Notes under the pieces: generated by a model
Databases searched by the model: none
Seen by the model: only the letters and a program-made list of their open reading frames with translations
What the model was told of the DNA's origin: nothing
Made by a program: the position numbers and the translations under genes
NCBI GenBank assembly: GCA_964588995.1
Contig: CAZPQM010000008.1
Location: forward strand, 3,141 to 67,140
Direction: 5' to 3'
Source of the DNA: an uncultured Rickettsiales bacterium
GTDB lineage: Bacteria; Pseudomonadota; Alphaproteobacteria; Rickettsiales; UBA8987
Length of the DNA: 64,000 nucleotides
In this document: piece by piece, positions 8,362-17,433 of the stretch
Position numbering within the stretch: the first letter of the stretch is position 1
How the letters are laid out: every line of letters starts with the position of its first letter

Positions 8362-10128
8362 ATGCGGTATTTTTTGTACGTTTTCCTTAGCAGCACTGTC
8401 TTTTTCTGCGTTTCTGGAAACCAGCTAGCCTTGGCCTACGAACCGCTCAATCATAATCAGGTGATGGATTGCTACCACGCGATTGATATGGACGTGGAGG
8501 TGCAGCCGATGCGCCCGATTCATGTGCAGCAATTCTGCAGCCTGCTGTTCGAGTCGCGCATTCCGGAAGTTTGCCGCACCATGGCCTATCTTTACCTCGG
8601 TGAGCAAGGCACCGAACCAGATTTAAAAGAAGCCCGGCGCTGGTTTGAACGCTATCTGTGGCTGATTCCTAACCGCTATTTTCAGAGTGCGCTGGTCAAT
8701 ATCAGTCCGAGTAAACCGCTTGCTGCCTATAAGGTCGCCAAACATATCAAGGGAGAGCATCCGCTTTTTGCGCTGATGTGGTATAATGATGCGCTTGCGA
8801 GCGGGTTTCACCCTAATATCCGCATGTTTACTGAGTTAGATCTGTTGATTGAGTCGCTGGATGAACGACGTATCCCATTCTTCGGCCCCTTTATCCTGCA
8901 ATATCTTTCGCGCTTTTACCATTATCAGGTCGCGAATTTCCTCGTACATCTCTACAAAACGCCGAATGAGGTGTGGGATAAGTGGCTGGCTGAACAGGTA
9001 CAGAAGCAGGATTACATGGCGCTGTATCTACAAGCCATCCGGCAGCAATACGGGCTGCGGATGGAGGAGAATGTCAAGCAAGCGGAACTGGTCTATATTG
9101 AACTGGCTTCGCGCGGCATGCATTTGCCGTCAGAGGCGTTGGCTATAATGCATGATGGCATTGAGGATGACAGCCTCGACAGCCTGCATGAATTTACCCA
9201 GCTGCGCCCGCTCTTTCACCGTCATGATGGTTACTATCAATTTCTGAAAGAGGTGGTGAATCAGAAAACGCCGGAAAAAGTCATCGTTCCCGATAGATAC
9301 CATCATTACTTGCGGGATGCGGCGGAGCGTGGAAGCAACTGGGCGCGCATGCGGCTCTTTTACCAGTTTAATGACCGTGAAGCGCTCGACCGCGCCATTA
9401 AAGAACATTACGCTCCTGCCTTGCTGATTCACATCGGCGAGATGTCTATCAACGCGGTAGAACCGCTCTACCGCGCCTTTTTGCGTATCGAGCATTTTAA
9501 TGATGTGTTTTTCTCACCCGACTTCATGAAACTCAGGCTCTACGCGATTAACCATATTGAAGAGATGAAACGCATGGTGATTCGTGGCAGCCTGCCCTCG
9601 CATGTCGAGTTTGACAATACCTATCTGGGGATTGACCGCATCACCGAAGAAGAGCGGCACTTGAACCGCATCATTTTCCCGCAAAATAAGGAGAAAATCA
9701 TCGAGCTACTGGAAGGAGGAGCCAATCCGAACCTGTATGTTATGAATGAGCGCTACACGGCGACGCAGAAAATCCTGCTGCTGAATGATGATGACGTAAC
9801 GCGCGCCCTGTTCAAACGCGGCGCGGACTTACATAAGAAGGATAAGAACGGCTATCCCGGCCTGTATCTCGCAGCACAAGGCGGCAATCTGGAGGCGCTT
9901 CGGCTGTTTGTGCATAAGAAACCCAACCGCCATTTTAACCTCTATGCGTCCAATTTCGAGCTTCCCCTGCATGCTGCCATTGAGCATGGCTGCGAACTAT
10001 GCGCCGAATTCATGGTGCAGAACGGCGCGCGCGTGTTCATCCGTAACCGCGATGGCAAGCTACCGCTGGAGATGGCTAAGGAAGCCAATATGCTCTCGCT
10101 CGCCGACATGATCCGGGGCCGGATGTAG
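8362..10128 (+). CDS. Secreted Sel1/TPR-like plus ankyrin-repeat protein
   Basis: Hydrophobic N-terminal signal-like segment. Sel1-like stretches (KEARRWFERY). C-terminal ankyrin repeats (GANPN, DDVTRALFKRGADLHKKDKNGYPGLYLAAQGGNLEALRLFV, LPLHAAIEHGCELCAEFMVQNGARVFIRNRDGKLPLEMA). Confidence 0.75.
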   Translation: MRYFLYVFLSSTVFFCVSGNQLALAYEPLNHNQVMDCYHAIDMDVEVQPMRPIHVQQFCSLLFESRIPEVCRTMAYLYLGEQGTEPDLKEARRWFERYLWLIPNRYFQSALVNISPSKPLAAYKVAKHIKGEHPLFALMWYNDALASGFHPNIRMFTELDLLIESLDERRIPFFGPFILQYLSRFYHYQVANFLVHLYKTPNEVWDKWLAEQVQKQDYMALYLQAIRQQYGLRMEENVKQAELVYIELASRGMHLPSEALAIMHDGIEDDSLDSLHEFTQLRPLFHRHDGYYQFLKEVVNQKTPEKVIVPDRYHHYLRDAAERGSNWARMRLFYQFNDREALDRAIKEHYAPALLIHIGEMSINAVEPLYRAFLRIEHFNDVFFSPDFMKLRLYAINHIEEMKRMVIRGSLPSHVEFDNTYLGIDRITEEERHLNRIIFPQNKEKIIELLEGGANPNLYVMNERYTATQKILLLNDDDVTRALFKRGADLHKKDKNGYPGLYLAAQGGNLEALRLFVHKKPNRHFNLYASNFELPLHAAIEHGCELCAEFMVQNGARVFIRNRDGKLPLEMAKEANMLSLADMIRGRM

Positions 10129-10238
10129 CACCCTCTACCACTATTTCAGGCAACTGCATGCAAAATTCCCTTGATTTTTCTCTGAAAATCTCAATGATGG
10201 CGAGCCTTACGCCTCACAGCAAGCACTCTGCTAACCGT

Positions 10239-10313
10239 GCCGCGGTAGCTCAGGGGTAGAGCACGTCATTGGTAATGACGGGGTCGGAAGTTCAATTCTT
10301 CTCCGCGGCACCA
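10239..10313 (+). tRNA. tRNA-Thr (anticodon GGU), CCA encoded
   Basis: Hand-folded cloverleaf: acceptor gccgcgg/ccgcggc, D arm gctc-aggggta-gagc, anticodon arm cgtca-ttGGTaa-tgacg, T arm ggaag-ttcaatt-cttct, discriminator a, then cca. Confidence 0.9.
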
Positions 10314-10362
10314 TTTTTCTTATTTAGTATTTTGTTTTACATACTAATAATTGATATATTTA

Positions 10363-11301
10363 CTACTGTGATCTACTACTCGCTACGACGATATTGCCCG
10401 TCCGATTATAGACGAGTTCATCAAAACAAAGCGTTTTGGCAATCCAGATACCCCGCCCGTTCGGGTCATGTGACAGTGCTTCCGCATTACGTAGATAATA
10501 TTCGGTATCAAATCCTTTTCCGGGATCCCGTATAATAACCTGGTGCGATGCCGCCGATTTTTCATAGCGCAGCGTCACCCGGCGTCCGGATTCAGGCACG
10601 GCTCGCAGTCGCTCTTGTAGAAACGTTTTCCAGCAACGCTCGCGGATTTTATCACGCTTTTCTTCGTAGCTGATGCCTAGCGCGCCATGTTCAAGCGCGT
10701 TCATCAGTAATTCTATGATACCGTTTACTACTTTCTGCGGTTTGGGAAAACAACAAGCCGCCATATCAGCCAGATGCTGCACCTCTTGCAGCTCCGAAAT
10801 CGTCGCTTCAAACGTTTGAAACCGCCCCATCGTACGGGCAATATGCGCTAGTTGCTGCGCCAGATTATCCTGCCGTTCCTTATATTGAAGAGCACTCGCC
10901 ATAATTGTAACAAGAGTCTCTTTGTCGTAGGGCTTTTTTAAATAATAATAGATATTATAATCTTCGAGGGCATTAAACCGATCGCTATTCCGATTCGCAG
11001 TCTGAACGATAACCGGAACATGGCGATAGCGGGATATATGCCGTATCTTTTGGATGACTTCCAGACCCGATATCTCTGGCATCATCAGATCAATTAAAAA
11101 ACAGTCAAAGCTAAACAGCTCACATTCAGCCATTTTTAAGGCTTCCGCTCCAGAGTCTGCAAAATACAGGCTGTAATTTTGATGGCATAACATGTGATCC
11201 AGTATATCCAGATTGTCGGAATGATCATCTACGATAAGCACCTGCCTACCTTTATCCAGGCAGGTCAAAACAGGAGCAGGTTCTAATGATTGGTATAACA
11301 T
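10363..11301 (-). CDS. Response-regulator receiver domain fused to a GHKL/HATPase-like (RsbW/SpoIIAB-type) domain
   Basis: REC motifs (VLIVDDHSDN, FLIDLMMPEISGLEV, KKPYDKETL). C-terminal N-box-like ELLMNALEHG and G-box-like IIRDPGKGF...GRGIWI. No DHp/His-phosphotransfer region seen. Confidence 0.7.
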   Translation of the reverse strand: MLYQSLEPAPVLTCLDKGRQVLIVDDHSDNLDILDHMLCHQNYSLYFADSGAEALKMAECELFSFDCFLIDLMMPEISGLEVIQKIRHISRYRHVPVIVQTANRNSDRFNALEDYNIYYYLKKPYDKETLVTIMASALQYKERQDNLAQQLAHIARTMGRFQTFEATISELQEVQHLADMAACCFPKPQKVVNGIIELLMNALEHGALGISYEEKRDKIRERCWKTFLQERLRAVPESGRRVTLRYEKSAASHQVIIRDPGKGFDTEYYLRNAEALSHDPNGRGIWIAKTLCFDELVYNRTGNIVVASSRSQ

Positions 11302-11351
11302 ATAGCTTTATCTGTATACAATTATAGGTAGTATATACAAACTCCCCCTGT

Positions 11352-11397
11352 AAACAAGGCTTGTTTATGCTGCAGTGCAGCATAATATGCTTTTTTT
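11352..11397. promoter_or_regulatory. Adjacent perfect palindromes in the divergent promoter region (candidate operator or structured leader)
   Basis: aaacaag-g-cttgttt at 11352-11366. tatgctgca-g-tgcagcata at 11366-11384. gcata-a-tatgc followed by a T7 run at 11391-11397. Confidence 0.3.
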
Positions 11398-11459
11398 GCA
11401 TGACACGTTGTAAAAACTATGCTAGGGCTTCTCTGTAGGGATTCAACTGGAGAGAGACT

Positions 11460-12191
11460 ATGACTGGTCATGTAATAACCGTTGCACAACAAAAGGGGGG
11501 GTGCGGTAAAACCACCGTAACTGCACACCTCGCTGTAGCGATGGCGAAAAAAGGCTATAACGTCGCTGCAATCGATATTGATCCACAGGGCAGTCTTTCC
11601 GCATGGTACGATGCGCGTTACAAGGCCGGAGGTGACTATTATACGCAACTGCATTGTACATCTTTTGCCGACTGGTGGCGGCTTTCATGGGAGCTGGATG
11701 ACCTGAAACAGGACTATGATCTTATTTTTATCGACTGCCCGCCGCATACCAAAACCGATGCACGTACAGCCGTAAAAGAAGCCGATATGGTAATCGTGCC
11801 GATTCAACCCAGCCCTACGGATTTCTGGGCAACAATCAAAACCGTAGATCTGACCAACGCGGAGCACCGCAACACCTATCTGCTGCTGAACCGCATCGTC
11901 TATAACTCTAAATTATCCCGCCAATTCATGGAGGATTTACCCCGCAGACGTTTTACGGACTGCCTGGGCAACCGTGTCAATTTCGCCACATCCATGGCGG
12001 AAGGGCTGACCGTACAAGAGGCGGATCCCTATAGCCGTTCGGCCAAAGAAGTCGGTAGTATCGCCGATGAAGTTGAGACTATTCTGGATCGAATAGCCGC
12101 CGATCAGGCGAAAACGCCGACCTCTGCGCTGCTGGCCGCCCGTCAGTCTATGGTAAATCCTGTCACAGAAGAAGCGCCCGCTTCTGTCTAA
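11460..12191 (+). CDS. ParA/MinD-family ATPase (orphan)
   Basis: Deviant Walker A VAQQKGGCGKTT, DIDPQGS, FIDCPP. 243 aa. Confidence 0.85.
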   Translation: MTGHVITVAQQKGGCGKTTVTAHLAVAMAKKGYNVAAIDIDPQGSLSAWYDARYKAGGDYYTQLHCTSFADWWRLSWELDDLKQDYDLIFIDCPPHTKTDARTAVKEADMVIVPIQPSPTDFWATIKTVDLTNAEHRNTYLLLNRIVYNSKLSRQFMEDLPRRRFTDCLGNRVNFATSMAEGLTVQEADPYSRSAKEVGSIADEVETILDRIAADQAKTPTSALLAARQSMVNPVTEEAPASV

Positions 12192-12218
12192 TGCAATAAG
12201 CGTCTGCATCGCTTTGCG

Positions 12219-13481
12219 GTGGCAGGCCCGTTTTTTTCGCTTATACTTGACTGTATGAGTGCTACCGTAGACTCCCCTTTCAGCATCCGTATGCCGCTGT
12301 ACTGGCTTGGCGTTCTGCTGTTTTTTATCAATATCGAAACGGATGAGCGTTTCGGTATTCCCGCGTCTGAGTTTATATTGTTTGGATTTATTCTTCTGCA
12401 ATATATGTTGCATCGCTCTATATTAAACCTGACTTCGCTTCATATTACGGCGCTGCTCATTCTTTTCCTCGTCGCATGGGTGACCGTGGTGGACTATTAC
12501 CACACCCCTACTTCGGGCGAGGCGGTGCGCGTGATGCTGCGAAATGTATTATTTTACGGAATCATTATTGGCTACCTCTACCTGCCGGATAAGCGCCCTA
12601 TGTTCTTGTTGATGCTCGGGCTTGTTTCCGGTTACGTGCTGAATTTTTTCCATGAATCCTTTAATATGTTCATCACGCAGCCGGAAACAAGCTATTATCA
12701 GCTTAAATATATTATTCCTGCGCCCGGTATACTCGCCCTTATTCTGCTGGGCTATCGCCGCCAACTTCCCGGGCCTGTCTTGTATTTATTACTAGGATGT
12801 ATCCTGTATAGCATTCCTGCCATGCTGTTTATCGGTAGCCGTGGCGCCTTCATGTCGCTTTTCATCGGACTGCTGGCATACGGAATTGCTCGTTACGTAC
12901 GTCCACCGCGCTGGCTTATTATTCTAGCAGCACTCTCTATCCCACTGATTCCGGTGATTATCGTTAGCCTTGCAGCGGATCCATCCAACCCGATGAAACT
13001 GGCTGAAATGCTTTTTGCACTGGACTATGCGACCCACAGTAATGTGGAGCGCATTCTAATGCTCACCATGAGCCTCGAAATAATGAAGGACGATTTTCTG
13101 CTGGGTATTGGCCGGTATAATATGGTGCCGATGGTCGAGCCTTATTTTGTCCATCTTTCCGGCCTCAAAGGCATGGCGGCGGAAAGTCCGCATAACTATT
13201 ATCTGGAGTTCTCCGTTCCCTTCGGTGTACCTGCTATGCTGCTGATCATCGGTATTTTTTCTCAGTTATACCGCTTTATGTTTATTGCCGCAAAGCAGCT
13301 CAATCAACCTGCCGGCATTGCCTCCTGTGCTATGTTTCTGACAAGCTGGATAATGCTATACCAACCCGTGGCCGGCATTACCCGTGTCGATATTTTTATT
13401 ATCATGATTACCGCGCTGTACGGCATGCAGAATCCGCCTTTTGATAACACCCCAGAAGATAAGGCAGAAAAGAACGCTTAG
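12219..13481 (+). CDS. O-antigen ligase / polymerase family (Wzy_C-like) polytopic membrane protein
   Basis: About 10 hydrophobic segments. FIGSRGAFMSLFIGLL and the periplasmic-loop motif ESPHNYYLEFSVPFG are typical of the Wzy_C/O-antigen ligase family. GTG at 12219, alternative ATG at 12255. Confidence 0.65.
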   Translation: MAGPFFSLILDCMSATVDSPFSIRMPLYWLGVLLFFINIETDERFGIPASEFILFGFILLQYMLHRSILNLTSLHITALLILFLVAWVTVVDYYHTPTSGEAVRVMLRNVLFYGIIIGYLYLPDKRPMFLLMLGLVSGYVLNFFHESFNMFITQPETSYYQLKYIIPAPGILALILLGYRRQLPGPVLYLLLGCILYSIPAMLFIGSRGAFMSLFIGLLAYGIARYVRPPRWLIILAALSIPLIPVIIVSLAADPSNPMKLAEMLFALDYATHSNVERILMLTMSLEIMKDDFLLGIGRYNMVPMVEPYFVHLSGLKGMAAESPHNYYLEFSVPFGVPAMLLIIGIFSQLYRFMFIAAKQLNQPAGIASCAMFLTSWIMLYQPVAGITRVDIFIIMITALYGMQNPPFDNTPEDKAEKNA

Positions 13482-13491
13482 AAATCAGCGT

Positions 13492-14913
13492 TTATTTCAA
13501 AACAGTCAGCTCACTCTCGTTACTGATGGTCAACACATTGCCCGAAGCCACTACGGGCGGCAGATAGACCGGGCCTTCAATACCTATTTCCGCTTCGATA
13601 GTTCCGTTTTCGGGGTCCAGCTGGAGCAGCCTGCCATGCGAGCCGGTAACCAGCAAATGCCCGCCCGCCAGCACAGGGCCATGCCAGCTGACTTTTTCGC
13701 CGCTGGGCTCCGCCTCTTCCTTGCCCCAGCTGAAGCGGGCACCTTCACGCTGCGGCAGTTGCGTGATCCACTTGATACGCCCGTCCAGCGTATGAAGAGC
13801 AACCAGCTCATTGGTTGTTGTTAAAATAAAGAGGAAGTCGTCTGCTGCCCACGGCGTCTGCACGCTGGATAGCTCCTGCTGCCAGCGCTTGCGCCCCGTG
13901 TCGAGGTTATAGGCCGTCAGCACGCCATCATGACTTACTACATACACCGAACCATCATAGACGCGCGGCGTCGCATCAATGTCATTAATCGCAACCTGTG
14001 AAATATGATAGGCAGAGCGGTTCATCAGCATATCCTGCCAGCGCGGTTGGCCTGTATCCTTCTCAAGAGCATAAAACTCACCGGAGGAATATGGCACGAG
14101 CACGAGTTGATCGGTCACGACCGGGTGGGGCGCACCGAATATACTGGTGGTTACTTTAAAGCCCTCATGTAACCACCTTGTTTCGCCCGATGTACTATCC
14201 AACGCATAGAGCCGGTTTTCCGAGGTCACGAGGTAAACGGTTTCGTTATCGTACACCGGGGCGCTACGGATGGGTATGGAAAGTTCACGCCGCCAGATTT
14301 CTTCTCCGGTTTTCGCATCCAGAGCATGCACGCGGCCATGATAGGTAGTAATAAACAGCTTACCATCTGCATATAATGTGTTGCCTCCAAGAAAACGCTT
14401 CTCTACCTTGCTGTCAAATTCAAACCCTAGACCGAGAATATCGCGCTGCATTTTGCCGGTTTCAAGCTCGCGTTCCCAAAGGACGTCATCCGGATCCTCA
14501 AGCGAGCGGGCGCTTAGCAGCCCCTCCCCGTCCAGATAATATATGATCCTGTCATGCACAACCGGAACGGAGGTAATACGTATGCCCCGATCAGGCGCAT
14601 CACCCATATCTTTGGAATCCAGAACTTGCAAACTGTCACCTGCAGCCAGATGCTCCGCCGGGAAGGCGTGTTGCTGTGGCCAGGATATATTCAGCTTCGG
14701 GGCAGGTAAATCAAATTTCAGCCCTTGCTGATTGGGGTCTGCAATTAAACTACTCCGGTGCGTAAGCACGGAAATACGGGTGCCGGGTACTGGAGGCTCC
14801 TCACTTTCGCCTACCCAGTCCGGCAGGGAACAGGCGGAAAGCAGCATGGACGTAAGGACGAGAGGTAAAAGCGCTTTACTCCGCATCCGCACTGTCTTCC
14901 GCTTGGGTTGCAT
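13492..14913 (-). CDS. bamB: Outer membrane protein assembly factor BamB (PQQ-like beta-propeller lipoprotein)
   Basis: Lipobox LLSAC after MRSKALLPLVLTSM (the likely true start is 14886). Repeated propeller blades (YALD..TGE..W). Sits downstream of a YfgM-like gene, as is usual. Confidence 0.85.
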   Translation of the reverse strand: MQPKRKTVRMRSKALLPLVLTSMLLSACSLPDWVGESEEPPVPGTRISVLTHRSSLIADPNQQGLKFDLPAPKLNISWPQQHAFPAEHLAAGDSLQVLDSKDMGDAPDRGIRITSVPVVHDRIIYYLDGEGLLSARSLEDPDDVLWERELETGKMQRDILGLGFEFDSKVEKRFLGGNTLYADGKLFITTYHGRVHALDAKTGEEIWRRELSIPIRSAPVYDNETVYLVTSENRLYALDSTSGETRWLHEGFKVTTSIFGAPHPVVTDQLVLVPYSSGEFYALEKDTGQPRWQDMLMNRSAYHISQVAINDIDATPRVYDGSVYVVSHDGVLTAYNLDTGRKRWQQELSSVQTPWAADDFLFILTTTNELVALHTLDGRIKWITQLPQREGARFSWGKEEAEPSGEKVSWHGPVLAGGHLLVTGSHGRLLQLDPENGTIEAEIGIEGPVYLPPVVASGNVLTISNESELTVLK

Positions 14914-15670
14914 CCGTCGCCTGCGGTAGATCGCGCTTGAGCAGGCTCACTACTTTCGTCGTCCGCTCAAACATGGCTTCGGGGATGTTCGTATCGCGTA
15001 CGAGCTGATTGAATAGCTCCAGCGCTTTCTCATCGTTACCTTGAGACAACGCCCGGTAAGCACGCATTTCCATCGCGCTGTAGCGCCATGCATTATCTTC
15101 TGAAGACAGACTCGCAAGCCGCTGATCAATCTCCTGATCCAGCGAGCCATCCTCGTTCGGCATCTCAATCATCAGGCTGACGGCTTGCAACTGGGCATAA
15201 TCACGGATCGCCTTATCGGTGCTGCTATCGGCCACCACCGCATCGTAGGCTTTTACGGCTTCTTCCTGCTTGCCTGCCTGCGCCAGCAGGCCTGCATGGC
15301 GAATCCCGGCAAGCTCGGCATAGCCCTCCAGCCCGCTGCGGGAAATGGCTTCAAACTCATCAGCAGCACTTAAAAGCTTTTCTTCCTTATTCAGTTCAGT
15401 TGCAACGTTCGGATCACCTGCCGCGGTTTCAACCTGCCCCAGCGATTCAGGCGCGAGCTCCGCTTCCTTCTGCGTTTCGCTCGCGGCGAGAAACTCACGC
15501 GAAGCCTGATGCCGTTCCTGCTTGGCCGATTCCATATAGTAGGTATATAAGCCCGTGCCTAACAGCAAGGCGAGTGTTACGCCGATGACATACACTCCGT
15601 AGGTCGTAAACAGCTTTTGATAGCGCTCGCGGCGCATATCCTCTTTGACTTCATCCAGTAAATCGACCAT
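14876..15670 (-). CDS. YfgM-like membrane-anchored TPR protein
   Basis: N-terminal single TM segment (YGVYVIGVTLALLLGTGLYTYY) followed by a helical, Ala-rich TPR-like region. Position immediately upstream of bamB. Confidence 0.6.
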   Translation of the reverse strand: MVDLLDEVKEDMRRERYQKLFTTYGVYVIGVTLALLLGTGLYTYYMESAKQERHQASREFLAASETQKEAELAPESLGQVETAAGDPNVATELNKEEKLLSAADEFEAISRSGLEGYAELAGIRHAGLLAQAGKQEEAVKAYDAVVADSSTDKAIRDYAQLQAVSLMIEMPNEDGSLDQEIDQRLASLSSEDNAWRYSAMEMRAYRALSQGNDEKALELFNQLVRDTNIPEAMFERTTKVVSLLKRDLPQATDATQAEDSADAE

Positions 15671-15758
15671 GCATCTCTCCGTTTGCTATGCGGTGTGTCT
15701 TCTACTACTATGCTTGTAACGAGATTGCGAATAAAATCAAGCCCAAGGAGTCCAGCAT

Positions 15759-17390
15759 ATGACATTAGAACAGACCCTTTCCGCCCATAAAGCCGCCATT
15801 CATGCGCCCCTGAAAGCAGGGTATGAAACCATTCTCACGCCGGAAGCAATGGAATTTATTGTCGATCTGCAGGAACGTTTTGGGGATCAGGTCGACACGC
15901 TACTGGCCGCACGCGAAGAACGTATGCAGGATATTCGCGGCGGCATTACCCTTGATTTTTTGCCCGAAACTAAAGAAATTCGTGATGCCGACTGGACGGT
16001 CGCGCCCATCCCCAAGGATTTGCAGGACCGCCGCGTGGAAATCACCGGACCGGTCGACCGTAAAATGATTATTAATGCGCTCAACTCCGGTGCCAAAGTG
16101 TTTATGGCAGACTTTGAGGACTCGCTTTCCCCCACCTGGGAGCGGATTATTGAAGGCCAGATCAATCTTTATGACGCCGTGCGCGGTACCATCACTTTCA
16201 CCAGCCCGGAAGGTAAGGAATATGCCCTTAAAGGTGCGTATCCTTCAGCGGAGGTAGCCATCCTGAAAATCAGGCCACGCGGCTGGCATCTGCAGGAAAA
16301 ACATATCACCGTGAACGGAAAGCCGATGACCGGTGCGTTGCTCGATTTCGGGCTGTATTTCTTCCACAACGCCAGAAAGCTGATTGAACTTGGCACCGCC
16401 CCCTATTTCTACCTGCCGAAGCTGGAGCATTATAAAGAAGCAGAGCTATGGAACGATATTTTCGTTTATGCGCAGGAGCAATTCGGCATCCCGGTCGGCA
16501 CCATCAAAGCAACCGTACTGATTGAAACCATCACCGCCGCCTTTCAGATGGATGAAATTCTCTACGCGTTAAAAGATCATATCGTCGGCCAGAATGCAGG
16601 GCGCTGGGATTACATCTTTTCCTACATCAAATGCCACGCACATGATGAAGGTTTCATCTGCCCCGACCGCGGTCAGGTCACTATGACCCAGCCCTTCCTG
16701 CGCCATTATTCGCTGCTGCTGATCCAAACCTGCCATAAGCGCGGCGCGTTTGCCATGGGCGGGATGAGCGCGTTTATCCCGATCAAAGGCGATGAGGCTG
16801 CGAACGAAGCGGCGATCGAACAGGTGCGTAAAGATAAAACCCGCGAAGCAACCGACGGGCATGATGGTACGTGGGTCGCGCATCCGGGGTTGATTCCCAT
16901 TGCAAAGGGCTGTTTTGATGAACATATGCCGGAGCCGAACCAAACCGACAAGCAGCTGGATATTGAATTAAGTGCTGCAGAACTGTTGGAGCAACCGACC
17001 GGCACCATTACCGAAGGCGGTATTCGCAATAATGTCGCGGTTTGCTTGCGCTATATGGCAGAATGGCTCAAAGGCAATGGCTGCGTGCCGATTTTTAACC
17101 TGATGGAAGATGCCGCCACGGCGGAAATTGCCCGCACCCAACTCTGGCAATGGCTGCATCATGAATGCCATCTGGGGGACGTTCCGCAGGAAGGCGATGG
17201 CGAGACGATTACCAACGCCATAATCGAACAGCACATTGTTGAGGAGATGGAGGGTTTGAAGACCGATTTGGGAGAGCCCGCATTCAAGGCGGCGAAGTAC
17301 CCCGAAGCAGCAGACCTCCTCCGCGAATTAGTATATAGCGATACGCTGGATAAGTTTTTGACGCTAGGCGCTTACGATCAAATCGCTTAG
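15759..17390 (+). CDS. aceB: Malate synthase A
   Basis: Colinear with E. coli AceB as I recall it: RRVEITGPVDRKMIINALNSGAKVFMADFEDS, GRWDYIFSYIK, CHKRGAFAMGGMSAFIP, NGHDGTWVAHPGL, MEDAATAEI. Confidence 0.95.
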   Translation: MTLEQTLSAHKAAIHAPLKAGYETILTPEAMEFIVDLQERFGDQVDTLLAAREERMQDIRGGITLDFLPETKEIRDADWTVAPIPKDLQDRRVEITGPVDRKMIINALNSGAKVFMADFEDSLSPTWERIIEGQINLYDAVRGTITFTSPEGKEYALKGAYPSAEVAILKIRPRGWHLQEKHITVNGKPMTGALLDFGLYFFHNARKLIELGTAPYFYLPKLEHYKEAELWNDIFVYAQEQFGIPVGTIKATVLIETITAAFQMDEILYALKDHIVGQNAGRWDYIFSYIKCHAHDEGFICPDRGQVTMTQPFLRHYSLLLIQTCHKRGAFAMGGMSAFIPIKGDEAANEAAIEQVRKDKTREATDGHDGTWVAHPGLIPIAKGCFDEHMPEPNQTDKQLDIELSAAELLEQPTGTITEGGIRNNVAVCLRYMAEWLKGNGCVPIFNLMEDAATAEIARTQLWQWLHHECHLGDVPQEGDGETITNAIIEQHIVEEMEGLKTDLGEPAFKAAKYPEAADLLRELVYSDTLDKFLTLGAYDQIA

Positions 17391-17433
17391 CACTTATCCG
17401 TACTTATAACCGCAGCTTAAGGTAAGCGCCTTC

